NCBI GenBank assembly: GCA_963811165.1
Contig: CAWEQH010000008.1
Coordinates: 64,001-128,000 of the forward strand
Direction: 5' to 3'
DNA from: an uncultured Nitrospiraceae bacterium
GTDB lineage: Bacteria > Nitrospirota > Thermodesulfovibrionia > Thermodesulfovibrionales > UBA6898
Length of the DNA stretch: 64,000 bases
The translations under genes were made by a program, and so were the position numbers. Positions 1 to 9,928 of the stretch are shown one piece after another; positions within the stretch are counted from its first letter, which is position 1, and every line of letters begins with the position of its first letter. The notes under the pieces were generated by a model, which worked only from the letters and a program-made list of their open reading frames with translations, was not told the DNA's origin and made no database searches.

Positions 1-666
1 TTCACAGCCGGGATCAAACCGCAGGGCATCTCTGTAATTCACCTCCGCCTTCTTCGTCTCATTTCCCGTCTCGTAGATCCGCCCGAGGATGACACGGGCC
101 TTTACCGCATCCGGATTAAGCTCAACATGTCTCAAAAGGTTTATTATTGCAGTTTTGAAGTCTCCTTCTCTGAAGGCCTTTGCCCCTTTCCTGTAATGAG
201 ACATGTCTACGACCAGCAAAAGCGCAAACCTTTTGTCCTTAAGCATAATCAACCTGCTGACGCCGCCTTCCCCTAACTGAAGCGCTGCTTCCTTGAGCGG
301 CTTATCGAGGCCCTCAAAGGCGGCCGCCTCGATCTCTCCAAATCTTTCCCTGCTATGTTCGTCGATGGACCTTTCTTTTGCTAAGGAAGCGAACGATCTG
401 CCTTTGTCTAGTTCGGAAAGGATGCCTTCCGCCTCTGACTGCGTGTTCACTACGATGATCCTTACGACAGGACTTTTTGCCGCATGGAGCGGCGACGCAA
501 TGAGAGAGATAAGGGCGATAACGGCGAAGCAAAGAAGGGAAAAAACAAGACCTTTACATAAGTCGCTCCGCTTAAGGCAAAAGAGCTTTGCCCGTTCTTC
601 TATAGAGCTGATATATGAAACTGCCGATTTCCCGGAGGGAGGGTATTTTCTTTTACGTGACATCAT
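1..666 (-). CDS. Exported parvulin/PpiC-like plus TPR-repeat protein (runs off window edge)
   Basis: Hand-translated open frame from ATG 666: hydrophobic segment LVFSLLCFAVIALISLIA, parvulin-like VRIIVVNTQSEAEGILSELDKGRSFASLAKERSID, then TPR-like helices (ELNPDAVKARVILGRIYE...YRDALRFDP). Not in the ORF track. Confidence 0.7.
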   Translation of the reverse strand, partial: MMSRKRKYPPSGKSAVSYISSIEERAKLFCLKRSDLCKGLVFSLLCFAVIALISLIASPLHAAKSPVVRIIVVNTQSEAEGILSELDKGRSFASLAKERSIDEHSRERFGEIEAAAFEGLDKPLKEAALQLGEGGVSRLIMLKDKRFALLLVVDMSHYRKGAKAFREGDFKTAIINLLRHVELNPDAVKARVILGRIYETGNETKKAEVNYRDALRFDPGCE

Positions 667-699
667 CGTATTTACGTCTTTATGAATCGATAGGGTATT

Positions 700-1968
700 T
701 TATTCCTCTTCCCCGTTTATCCCGTAGAGTTTCTTTATCATCGCGATGAGTTCGTCCTTGTCTTCGGTATCCTCTTTAAGCGCTACCGTAGGGGGGTGAA
801 TGAGCTTGTTGATGATCGCAGCCGCCATATATTCGACGGCCTTCAACTTCTCCTCATCGAGGCCGGAAAGCCTGCCCTTGAGTTTTTCAAGTTCCTCCGC
901 CTTTATCTCCTCAGCCTTCTGTCTGAGGGCAATGATCGTTGGGACCGAATCGAGCGACGACATCCATCTAATAAATTTTTCTACCTCTTCGTCGATTATC
1001 TTTTCGGCCTTTTCCGCCTCGATTTTTCTGCCGTGGATATTGGTGTCGACCACCTCCTGCAAATCATCGACACTATAGAGGTAGACGTTGTCGAGCTTGT
1101 TTATCTCAGGGTCTATATTCCTGGGCACTGATATATCGATGATAAAGACGGGCCTGTGTTTCCGCTCCTTCATGACTTTGTGCATCTGCTCTTTCAAAAG
1201 GACATAGGATGGCGCTCCGGTTGAGCATATGATGATATCCGTATGGACCAGTTCAGTCAAAAAATCTTCGAACTTCACCGGCTTGCCGTTAAATTCGCTG
1301 GCCAACTCGCATCCCCGCTCATAGGTACGGTTGACGACCATGACGTCTTGGACACCGTTGTTCATGAGATGGCGGGCCGCCAGTTCTGCCATCTCCCCGG
1401 CCCCCATAAGCATGAAGGACTTACCGCTAAGGTTGGTGAATATTTTTTTTGCGAGTTCCACCGCAGCAAAACTGATCGAGACCGCATTTTCGGCTATCTT
1501 TGTCTCGGTCCTCACCCTTTTGGCCGTTGAGATGGCCTTTTTCATAAGTTTATTCAGAAGCACCCCGGTCGTTTTCTTACGAAGGGCAAAATCAAAACAG
1601 TCTTTTATTTGACCGAGTATCTGAGGTTCCCCGACGACCATCGAATCGAGGCTCGATGAGACCCTGAAGATATGCCGTATGGCGTCCTCTCCTTCATGCA
1701 CATAGAGGGATTTTTCGAAATCCTGCCTCTTAAGACCGTGGAAGCCGGAGAGAAAATCCTTGATATTGTCGGCCGCAGCCCCCCTCTTGTTCGCACAGAT
1801 ATAGAGTTCCACCCTGTTACAGGTCGACAAAACGGCGGCCTCCCTGACTTCGGGGATCTTCCTTAAGCCAAACACCCCTTCTTCGAGCTTTGGCCCGTTG
1901 AAGGCGAGCTTCTCCCTGATCTCTACATTCGCTGTCTTGTGGCTTACCCCTACTACGAGAACCTTCAT
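700..1968 (-). CDS. hemA: Glutamyl-tRNA reductase
   Basis: LSTCNRVELY catalytic motif, SLDSMVVGEPQILGQ, GAGEMA NADPH-binding motif. Confidence 0.98.
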   Translation of the reverse strand: MKVLVVGVSHKTANVEIREKLAFNGPKLEEGVFGLRKIPEVREAAVLSTCNRVELYICANKRGAAADNIKDFLSGFHGLKRQDFEKSLYVHEGEDAIRHIFRVSSSLDSMVVGEPQILGQIKDCFDFALRKKTTGVLLNKLMKKAISTAKRVRTETKIAENAVSISFAAVELAKKIFTNLSGKSFMLMGAGEMAELAARHLMNNGVQDVMVVNRTYERGCELASEFNGKPVKFEDFLTELVHTDIIICSTGAPSYVLLKEQMHKVMKERKHRPVFIIDISVPRNIDPEINKLDNVYLYSVDDLQEVVDTNIHGRKIEAEKAEKIIDEEVEKFIRWMSSLDSVPTIIALRQKAEEIKAEELEKLKGRLSGLDEEKLKAVEYMAAAIINKLIHPPTVALKEDTEDKDELIAMIKKLYGINGEEE

Positions 1969-2780
1969 CAGAATACGTGTTTGCTCTGCAAGATAAAGTT
2001 AACGCCGAAGAACGTAAACAAGACGATGCAGAAACCGAAGATAGAGAGTATGGCGGCCCGTTTTCCCCTCCAGCCTGCGATGAGCCTCACATGAAGTACT
2101 ACGGCGTATATGAACCAGGTGATCAAAGACCAGACCTCCTTCGGGTCCCACCTCCAGTAACTCCCCCAGGCGCTTTCGGCCCATAAGGCTCCGGATATGA
2201 TCGCAAGGGTCAGAAGAGGGAATCCCAGGGTGATGAGTCTGTAGTTGATCTCGTCGAGTATCTGGAGGCTCGGCAGTCTTTGAAACAGTCCGCCCAAATG
2301 CTTTGACTTTACATAGTGTTCCTGCAAGAGGTACATGATCCCTATACCAAAGGCCATTGCAAAGGCGGCATCCCCCAGGAATGCAAGTATGGTATGTATC
2401 CCCAGCCAATAACTCTGAAGCACCGGGCTTAAGGGTTCGATCTTGCGCGGCAGCATTGATGACGACAGCATAAGGATGAATACGACCGGCATGATAAAGG
2501 AGCCTAGGAGGCCGATCCTGTATCGGTATTCAAGGAACAAAAACAGCATGACGATGCACCAGGAAAAAAAGGAGGCGGCCTCATGGAGGTTTGCGATGGG
2601 GATATGCCCTGAAATCACATAGCGGGCGACGATATTAGAGGTATGGAAGAGAAACCCGATGATCGCGAGACTCAGCATGATTATCGAGGTGGTCTTTGTT
2701 CCCTTGAAGAGCTCCATCACGCAGACGATCGCTGCTGCAAAATAGAAGGTGAGGGCGATTTCAAAGAGGTATATTTCCAT
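1968..2780 (-). CDS. ccsA: Cytochrome c biogenesis protein, system II (CcsA/CcsB family)
   Basis: WWD motif WAESAWGSYWRWDPKE and multiple TM helices; start revised to ATG 2780 (MEIYLFEI); stop overlaps the hemA start. Confidence 0.93.
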   Translation of the reverse strand: MEIYLFEIALTFYFAAAIVCVMELFKGTKTTSIIMLSLAIIGFLFHTSNIVARYVISGHIPIANLHEAASFFSWCIVMLFLFLEYRYRIGLLGSFIMPVVFILMLSSSMLPRKIEPLSPVLQSYWLGIHTILAFLGDAAFAMAFGIGIMYLLQEHYVKSKHLGGLFQRLPSLQILDEINYRLITLGFPLLTLAIISGALWAESAWGSYWRWDPKEVWSLITWFIYAVVLHVRLIAGWRGKRAAILSIFGFCIVLFTFFGVNFILQSKHVF

Positions 2781-2950
2781 TAAAAGCAACCGAGCTGACA
2801 GTCTTTGATCTTTATTCCCAATTCGTTGGCAGCGGCACCTACTTCTTTGTAAGGCAGGCCGAGTTTTTCGGCCAACTCTCTTGCTACGGCGCAAGAGAGC
2901 CTCCCGTTAATAGCCTTCCTCAGCATCTCTTCCTTTAGCTCTTCCTTCAT
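2780..2950 (-). CDS. Small 56-aa Cys-containing protein ending CQLGCF
   Basis: Hand translation MKEELKEEMLRKAINGRLSCAVARELAEKLGLPYKEVGAAANELGIKIKDCQLGCF; TAATG overlap with ccsA start; below the ORF-track cutoff. Confidence 0.8.
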   Translation of the reverse strand: MKEELKEEMLRKAINGRLSCAVARELAEKLGLPYKEVGAAANELGIKIKDCQLGCF

Positions 2951-3051
2951 TAAATGCCCAAGATTTATTTAAAAACAAATACTTCCGGATATTTTACGGA
3001 TCACAGGTAGATGTAATTTTACCTTATTATCCCCTAAAAACACAATCGGGC

Positions 3052-4047
3052 TCAGTAACCGACAGGTATCCCAGATTCGAACATTTTTTTAGCGACCCCG
3101 AGTTCATCGGATGCCAGTAGTCGTGGCATCATAACAGACAGAGAGCGCAGGATCGGCAGGAACTTTCCGTTGCCATAGCGCCCAATCTCAATTGCCACTT
3201 CCCTGCCCGGCATCCTCAATTCAAAAAAACCTCTTCCGACTCTGCCCTCTAACTTCATATCTAAAAAAACGTCCCTGCTTACTCTCAGGGATTCGCTCCC
3301 TGTCACATCGAATACGCGCATCGTGAACCCGTCTTTTGCCTCCGGCACTTCTTCTTTTTTTATCTCCCAGTCGACAAATACGACGTTGGGGTCCACTGCC
3401 ATCAAAATCAGCTCGTTCTCTCCGTATTCTTCGGGCAATTCCGCCCGGACGATATCTTCGAGTACCTTATCGCCCCTTTCCCGGGGAACGCTTTTTGTCT
3501 TCCGGTTCTTTGCCCCGCCGCCAACCTTCCGCTTTTGTTTCGGAAGTACAGGTTTAATAAGCCGCATCTTAGCTTTTTTTGTCCCGGCCGCCTCTCTGGG
3601 CTTTGTCTTTTCCGAAACTTTTTTCTTCTCAACCCGAAGGGATTTTTTAGAGGCCTGCGCCGCTTCAGGGAGTGCAATCTTTGAGGGTCTATTTCCCGCC
3701 GTCTTTCTCACGGCAAGAGCTGTCGCTATCTTCTTTTTGACAGTCTTTGACTTGGCCCCTGCCGGTTTCAACGGCGGTTTACCTGCGGACTTTTTCTTGG
3801 CGGCCGGGGCAGGACCCGCCGGTAAATTTTTCCTCACCTTTAAGGATTTCTTTACTGCCTTCTTTAAAGAAAGGGATCTTTCGCCTGCTTCCGCGGATTT
3901 TTCAGGCGGTTTTCCGGCGGACTTAGCCTTTTTTTTGGCAGAAGTGAGGGAGGGAGGATTTTTCCCGGGGGCGTTTTTCTTTGCCGGCACTGCCTTTGCC
4001 GGGGGGATGGTCTTTCCCTTTGTATTTCGGGTCTTCATGCTTTCCAA
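3052..4047 (-). CDS. DUF4912-like protein with long Lys/Ala/Pro-rich N-terminus
   Basis: C-terminal ELPEEYGENELILMAVDPNVVFVDWEI resembles DUF4912; preceded by about 190 aa of basic low-complexity sequence. Confidence 0.75.
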   Translation of the reverse strand: MESMKTRNTKGKTIPPAKAVPAKKNAPGKNPPSLTSAKKKAKSAGKPPEKSAEAGERSLSLKKAVKKSLKVRKNLPAGPAPAAKKKSAGKPPLKPAGAKSKTVKKKIATALAVRKTAGNRPSKIALPEAAQASKKSLRVEKKKVSEKTKPREAAGTKKAKMRLIKPVLPKQKRKVGGGAKNRKTKSVPRERGDKVLEDIVRAELPEEYGENELILMAVDPNVVFVDWEIKKEEVPEAKDGFTMRVFDVTGSESLRVSRDVFLDMKLEGRVGRGFFELRMPGREVAIEIGRYGNGKFLPILRSLSVMMPRLLASDELGVAKKMFESGIPVGY

Positions 4048-4086
4048 GCATGTATTCTACCAAATAAGACGGGGTTAATATAGTCT

Positions 4087-6726
4087 TTAGTGCGCCTCGT
4101 CCCAGTTTCTGCCGTGCCCCACCTCGACCTTTACAGGAACGGACAATATCGCCGCCCCTTCCATTTCTTCCCTTGCAATGCTGCGGACCTTTTCTAGCTC
4201 CTCCGCCGGAAACTCGAACAAAAGTTCATCATGCACCTGCAGTATCATTTTTGCCCGGACCGATTCTTCCCTGAATCTTTTCTCTATCCTTATCATCGCA
4301 ATTTTAATGATGTCTGCGGCCGTGCCCTGTATCGGAGAATTGACCGCGAGTCTTTCGCCCTGCTGCTGCGTATTTTTATTATGGCTTTTTAGTTCAGGTA
4401 CCGGTCTTTTCCTTCCGAAAAGCGTTGCCACGTAGCCACGCCCCCTCGCCTCCGCAAGGACGGTTTCCGTGTATGTCCTGACGCCGGGATGCCGGTCGAA
4501 GTACCTGGTGATATATTTCTGGGCATCCGCTCTCTCTATATCGAGAGTCTCCGAAAGGCCGAAGGCAGATATCCCGTAGATAACGCCGAAGTTTACGGTC
4601 TTTGCGGTCCTCCTCATATCAGGCGTCACCTCATCGAGGGGCACGCCGAAGAGTTCGGCAGCAGTCCGCATATGAATATCGAGTCCGTTATGAAACGCCT
4701 CTCTGAGCCCTTCGTCGCCGCTCATATGCGCCAGCACTCTCAACTCCACCTGCGAATAGTCTGCAGAAAGAAGGAGGTTGCCCTCTTCGGCAATGAATGC
4801 CTGCCGAATGCGCTTCCCCCATTCCCCCCTTATCGGAATATTCTGGAGGTTTGGGTCGCTGCTGCTAAGTCTGCCTGTGGCGGTGGCTGTTTGATTGAAA
4901 GACGTATGGACGCGGCCGGTTTCCGGGTTTACGAGCGCGGGCAGGACATCGAGGTATGTTGTCTTAAGTTTGGTCAGGCTCCTGAAGTGCAGTACCTCCA
5001 TCGGCAGGGCATGATGTCCGGCAAGCTCCTCAAGCACGTCCATATCAGTCGAAAATCCCGTCTTTGTCCTTTTAGTCGGGCTCAGCCCGAGACTTTGGAA
5101 AAGGACCCTGCCTAATTGTTTCGGTGAGTTAATGTTGAATTCTTCTCCCGAGAGGAAGAATATCCTCTTTTGGATGCTCTCTATCTCAACCGCCATCTCA
5201 TCAGCCAGGGCTTTCAAAAGCACCGCATCAACCTTGATGCCGGACCTCTCCATGCCTACGAGCACTTCAATAAGCGGCATCTCGATATCGGTATAGATCT
5301 TTTCGAGGCCCTCCTCACGGAGTTTCTTAAAAAGCACATCCCGCAGTTCGAAACTGAGCGCTGCATCTTCGGCCGCGTAGGAAGTGGCCTCTTCAATGGT
5401 GACATCTGCAAAGGACTTTCGCTTCTTTAATACCTCGACAAAAGACTTTTTCTTCGATGAAAGGTATTCAAAAGAGACCTCCTCAAGGGTATGGCCCGCC
5501 TTGTTTGGGTTCAAAAGATAGGCGGCAATCATCGTGTCGTACAATCTGCCGGTAACGGGGATCCCTTCCCGTCCCAAAAGCATGACGTCATATTTTAGGT
5601 TGTGGCCTATCTTTGCAATCTGCGCGTTCCCAAGCAATGGACGGATAAGGCGAAAGACATCGTCCTTGGCGGGCTGTTTCTTTGTGTCGGGATAAGAATG
5701 TGAGATCGGCACATAATACGCCTTCTCTTTGTTATAGCAGAAGGCGATCCCCACAAGATGGTCGGTCAGGGGGTTCCTGCCGGTTGCCTCTGTATCGAAG
5801 GCGACCTCATCAGGGACTAAAGAAAGGATCTCTTGAAGCCTCTCAGGAGAGTCTATTGTTTCGTGCTCCCGGACCGTCTCGGCCGAGGGGATGAGCTTCA
5901 TAAAGCTCGATAATTCGAGTTCCCTAAACAGAGAAAGAAGGGAAAGCCAATCCGGTTCCCCGAGCGTGAAATCGCTTACTTCGATATCTAAAGGGACAGA
6001 TATGTCGATAGTCGCCAGCCTCCTGCTAAGAAGTACGATCTCCTTGCTCGAAGAGACCATCTCCCTAAGCCTTTCCTTTTTTATGCGTTCCGGGTGCTCA
6101 AGCAGGTCCTCTATGCTTTTGAAATGGGCGAGGAGTTCCTTCGCCGTCTTTTCCCCCACACCTTTAATGCCGGGGATATTGTCTACGGCGTCGCCGGTAA
6201 GGGCCATAAATTCAGTCACCCTCCCGGGGCCGACGCCGAACTTTTCCCTGACGTAGTCTCTGTCAAGGACCCTCTCTTTCATCGGGTCGTATATCTTGAT
6301 ATTCTCATCTACGAGTTGAAGCATGTCCTTGTCCGCCGTCACGATAAAGACCCTGTTTCCCTCCCCTGCGGCCCTTTTCGCTATGGTGCCGATGAGGTCA
6401 TCGGCTTCGTAACCCGGGACCTCAAAGGTCCTGATACGAAACGCCGATATGATTTTTCTGATATACGGAAGCTGGACCACCAGTTCTGAAGGGGCCTCGG
6501 GTCTGTGCGCCTTGTAGTCTTCGAACAGCTCATGTCTTTCCGTACGGGCCGGCGAATCGAAGCAGACCGCAAGACCGTCGGGGCCTTTCTCTCTGAGTAT
6601 CTTCAGCAGCATATTCGTGAAGCCGAATGTGGCATTTGTCGGGAAGCCCTTTGAATTCGTCAGCCCTTTAATTGCGTAGAACGCACGGTAGACATACGAA
6701 TTTCCGTCGATGAGATAAAGGTCCAT
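4087..6726 (-). CDS. polA: DNA polymerase I
   Basis: 5'-3' exonuclease (LIDGNSYVYRAFYA), 3'-5' exonuclease (FDTEATG), polymerase motifs DYSQVELR and QVHDELL. Confidence 0.98.
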   Translation of the reverse strand: MDLYLIDGNSYVYRAFYAIKGLTNSKGFPTNATFGFTNMLLKILREKGPDGLAVCFDSPARTERHELFEDYKAHRPEAPSELVVQLPYIRKIISAFRIRTFEVPGYEADDLIGTIAKRAAGEGNRVFIVTADKDMLQLVDENIKIYDPMKERVLDRDYVREKFGVGPGRVTEFMALTGDAVDNIPGIKGVGEKTAKELLAHFKSIEDLLEHPERIKKERLREMVSSSKEIVLLSRRLATIDISVPLDIEVSDFTLGEPDWLSLLSLFRELELSSFMKLIPSAETVREHETIDSPERLQEILSLVPDEVAFDTEATGRNPLTDHLVGIAFCYNKEKAYYVPISHSYPDTKKQPAKDDVFRLIRPLLGNAQIAKIGHNLKYDVMLLGREGIPVTGRLYDTMIAAYLLNPNKAGHTLEEVSFEYLSSKKKSFVEVLKKRKSFADVTIEEATSYAAEDAALSFELRDVLFKKLREEGLEKIYTDIEMPLIEVLVGMERSGIKVDAVLLKALADEMAVEIESIQKRIFFLSGEEFNINSPKQLGRVLFQSLGLSPTKRTKTGFSTDMDVLEELAGHHALPMEVLHFRSLTKLKTTYLDVLPALVNPETGRVHTSFNQTATATGRLSSSDPNLQNIPIRGEWGKRIRQAFIAEEGNLLLSADYSQVELRVLAHMSGDEGLREAFHNGLDIHMRTAAELFGVPLDEVTPDMRRTAKTVNFGVIYGISAFGLSETLDIERADAQKYITRYFDRHPGVRTYTETVLAEARGRGYVATLFGRKRPVPELKSHNKNTQQQGERLAVNSPIQGTAADIIKIAMIRIEKRFREESVRAKMILQVHDELLFEFPAEELEKVRSIAREEMEGAAILSVPVKVEVGHGRNWDEAH

Positions 6727-6881
6727 GGGTGATTATAACCGGACGGGAAAAGACATGCAAATCGCTTTCCTCCGGACCCCTACTCGAAATAATCCCTCGA
6801 TTTCTGTTATAGTTTCTATCGGGCATTTTTTCCTGAGGTAAATTTGAGAGGTGAAAAATATTTTTTTGAAAGGAGAGCATC

Positions 6882-7556
6882 ATGAATATCTTGATTTTCG
6901 GTCCTAATGGAAGCGGTAAGGGGACGCAGGGTGCGATTATCCAGAAGAAATACGGGATAACCCACGTAGAGTCGGGCGCCATATTCAGAAAAAATATCGG
7001 CGGCGGCACTGAACTCGGCAAAAAGGCGAAGGTGTATATCGACAGGGGGGACCTTGTGCCGGATGATATCACCATCCCGATGATCCTCGACAGGCTGAAA
7101 GAGGATGACTGTAAAAAGGGCTGGCTATTAGACGGGTTCCCCAGGAACCTGGTGCAGGCCGAGACGCTTCATAAGGCGCTTAAGGATGCCAATATCAACC
7201 TTGACTATGTCATCGAAATATCGCTTGACCGTAAGACCGCAGCAGACAGGATTATGGGAAGAAGGCTTTGCGTCAACGATAATAACCATCCTAACCATAT
7301 CCATATCGACGCGATCAAGCCCATTGAAAAAGACGGGAAACTCGTCTGCCGCGTATGCGGAGGGGAACTAAAGACGAGGGCCGATGACCAGGATGCCTCG
7401 GCGATCAATAAAAGACACGACATCTATTATGACGAAAAGACCGGCACCATGGCAGCGGTCAATTACTTCAAAAAGATCACCGGGCCTAAGGTAATCACCG
7501 TAGACGGCGCGCCTCCGATCAATGCAGTTTCAGAGAAGTTAATGGCCCAGCTGTAG
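6882..7556 (+). CDS. adk: Adenylate kinase with metal-binding LID
   Basis: GPNGSGKGTQ P-loop, LLDGFPR, LID C-x5-H...CRVC. Confidence 0.96.
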   Translation: MNILIFGPNGSGKGTQGAIIQKKYGITHVESGAIFRKNIGGGTELGKKAKVYIDRGDLVPDDITIPMILDRLKEDDCKKGWLLDGFPRNLVQAETLHKALKDANINLDYVIEISLDRKTAADRIMGRRLCVNDNNHPNHIHIDAIKPIEKDGKLVCRVCGGELKTRADDQDASAINKRHDIYYDEKTGTMAAVNYFKKITGPKVITVDGAPPINAVSEKLMAQL

Positions 7557-7580
7557 AAAGTTTTCTCTTCCCTTGCAATT

Positions 7581-7615
7581 AACGGCCGGCCTACGAAGAA
7601 AGTGAGCCGGCCGTT
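7581..7615 (+). terminator. Hairpin after adk
   Basis: AACGGCCGGC...GCCGGCCGTT inverted repeat. Confidence 0.5.
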
Positions 7616-7618
7616 TCT

Positions 7619-7840
7619 ATGACGGGCGGCGCAACCCTTGTGCCTCAATCGAAGGAAAGTCTTTCGAGAGCGTCACAACTAATGGAGAAATATAGAGATG
7701 TTCCAATGGATTTTGCCGACGCTACACTTGTAGTCTTGGCGGGGGAAATGGAGGTCGAGGAGATATTCACATTGGATATTAGAGGGTTCGGAACGTATCG
7801 CATCACAGGGAAGAGGGCCTTTAAGATATGGCCGAAGTAG
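7619..7840 (+). pseudogene. 5'-truncated PIN-domain (VapC-like) toxin
   Basis: KYRDVPMDFADATLVVLA...IFTLDIRGFGTYR is the PIN C-terminal half; the N-terminal DT motif and an antitoxin gene are absent. Confidence 0.75.
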
Positions 7841-8008
7841 AAAACCTTGGAGAATCCGGTAATTCAAGGGGCAAGATTACCTAGAGCCGATAGTGGAAAT
7901 AAAGCCGGCGGAAGATCGGTGCTCCGAAGAGCCTTTGCGGCAAGATCGGCCGCGGTTAACACCACGCTATACGTAACAAAACCTGCTTTTTCTTTTGTTG
8001 TCAGTAGG

Positions 8009-8941
8009 TTAAAGCCTACTATTTATAAGCTCTTTTTGTTCCCATTCAAAGTTATCAGCTCTTATCGGCTGGGTATTCTGCAAAACAATCTTTATCGCTT
8101 TGAAGTAATCTCTCTGTACTTTGAGATTGGAGACTCTACAGTAACATTGAGTTGTTGTAATCCGGCTGTGGCCCAATAGATCCTGTATGGTAACGAGATC
8201 GGCATCGGCGTTCAGGAGCTGTGTTGCCATAGTATGTCTAAGGTGATGACAGGATACCGCAGTCCCGGTCCTCTGTGCATAGTATTCAATCCTCTTTTGA
8301 ATGCCGCGAACTGATATCGGCTTTCCCCTCAGCGGCCCCTTCTGCACTAAGAACACTCTTTTCTCCTTCGACCATTTCCGTTTCTGCATATACGCCTCTA
8401 AGGCACTCTGGGCATCTTCGCTGAGATAGACAACCCTGTCCTTGCTGCCTTTGCCATTGAAGACATAAAGCTGTCTGCTGCGATACTCTATCGCATCTAC
8501 TGTCAGTCGTGCAACCTCCTCAACTCGCAAACCGCACCTGAGCATGAGCATGAACATGGCCCGATCCCTGGCGTCATTGATCTCCCTAAAGAGAGTCACA
8601 ATCTGTTCGTCTCTTAGATGTTTGGGCAATGGCCTGGGCAGACGAAGCCTATAATTCTTTCTTACCGGATTGGTAAGAGGCATTCTCTCATCTTCGATCA
8701 GATAATCGTAGAAGGCATGGATGCAGCCGAAATGACAGTTGATAGTCTTTGGTTTCATTCTCCTTCTCAATAGATGGTCCATATACGCATCGGTTTCTTT
8801 GTGGGTTATTTGCTCCAAAGAAACCTGCGACCAGACATTGAAGTGACCGAGGATATTCATGTAGTTTTTTACAGTGTTGGCCGAACAGTTCCTTCGCTTT
8901 AGGAACCTTCGGTACTTGGCAATCAGATCAGTAAGCCCCAT
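8009..8941 (-). CDS. Tyrosine recombinase B (XerC/D-like)
   Basis: GLRVEE, HHLRH, LLGH, TQCY catalytic residues and SAM-like N-terminus; start revised to ATG 8941 with GGGAGG RBS. Confidence 0.92.
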   Translation of the reverse strand: MGLTDLIAKYRRFLKRRNCSANTVKNYMNILGHFNVWSQVSLEQITHKETDAYMDHLLRRRMKPKTINCHFGCIHAFYDYLIEDERMPLTNPVRKNYRLRLPRPLPKHLRDEQIVTLFREINDARDRAMFMLMLRCGLRVEEVARLTVDAIEYRSRQLYVFNGKGSKDRVVYLSEDAQSALEAYMQKRKWSKEKRVFLVQKGPLRGKPISVRGIQKRIEYYAQRTGTAVSCHHLRHTMATQLLNADADLVTIQDLLGHSRITTTQCYCRVSNLKVQRDYFKAIKIVLQNTQPIRADNFEWEQKELINSRL

Positions 8942-9928
8942 TAATGCCTCCCTGCTCGATGATTTCCATGGCACGGAAGTACTCCTCTTCACGGCTCTTA
9001 TCTGTCAGGCGGGCATATCGTCGGGTCATCTCTATATCGCGGTGGCCCAACAAAAATTGCAAGACATTCCAGGCGCATGCCGGCATTGAGCAGTTCACTT
9101 GCAAAGGTATGACGAAGACTGTGTATTGTATAGCCTTTGTGTTGGAGCCCTGTTTCTCTCAAGTATCGCGTGAAGATATTACGGGCCGAGGTATAACACA
9201 AGTGACTCCTCAGACCATGGAAGAGATATTCTTTTGTCTTATCTCTCTTTTTAAGCCAGAGCCCTAAGGCCATCAGTGCATCATCACTCAGATAAACCAC
9301 TCGCCCAAGATAGTTCTTTTCGCCCTCATAGATGTGTATCTTCCTCTCACGGACATCAAGATCTATCATCTTCAAGCTGAGAAGCTCACCGATTCTCATG
9401 CCTGTCCGTAAGAGCACGAGGATTAGGGCACGGTCACGAATCTCCTTAATGACACCAAGAATCTTTCTGACATCGCCCGGCGCAATGGCCCTCGGCAGGA
9501 AATCCGGCACTTTGAGTTTTATCTTGCGTTTGAGTATGCGTCCGTCAATGATATCCTGTTCGATCAGAAAACGAAGAAAAGCAAAAAGGCAATGAAGCCG
9601 TGTTCTGACTGATGTGACCTTGAGTCCCCGATCCTGCTCGTGTTCAATAAATGCTTCCAGATCGTTACCGGCAATCTCCTCGATATGACTCTTCCCAATG
9701 GTCGCCATAGAAAATGAGAAAGGAACTCACCGAGAGGAAGCTCGCCCAAAGAGTGCTTGGCTTGTGATTCATTCTCCACTTATAAAGCATGTAGCTCTCG
9801 AAATGCTCTCTGCCGGGAAGGTCTAACTTAGAGATCCTCTGAAGAATACGATCAATGGGGGGCTGGTAATTGACTACTTCGATGTCACTGACGATTGCTT
9901 TGAGAATTGAACCTGCTTTGGTCATCAT
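8928..9928 (-). CDS. Tyrosine recombinase A, two frameshifts (near 9700 and 9060)
   Basis: ORFs 9665-9928 and 8998-9708 plus a third-frame tail QFLLGHRDIEMTRRYARLTDK...GAY* join into one integrase with GMRIGE, HSLRH, LGH, RRY. Confidence 0.85.

Noticed and set aside
3323..4078. Long antisense ORFs here and at 12050-12862, 35579-36493, 42404-43252, 51703-52503 and 60411-61403
   Set aside because: Shadows of well-supported genes on the opposite strand, with no motifs of their own
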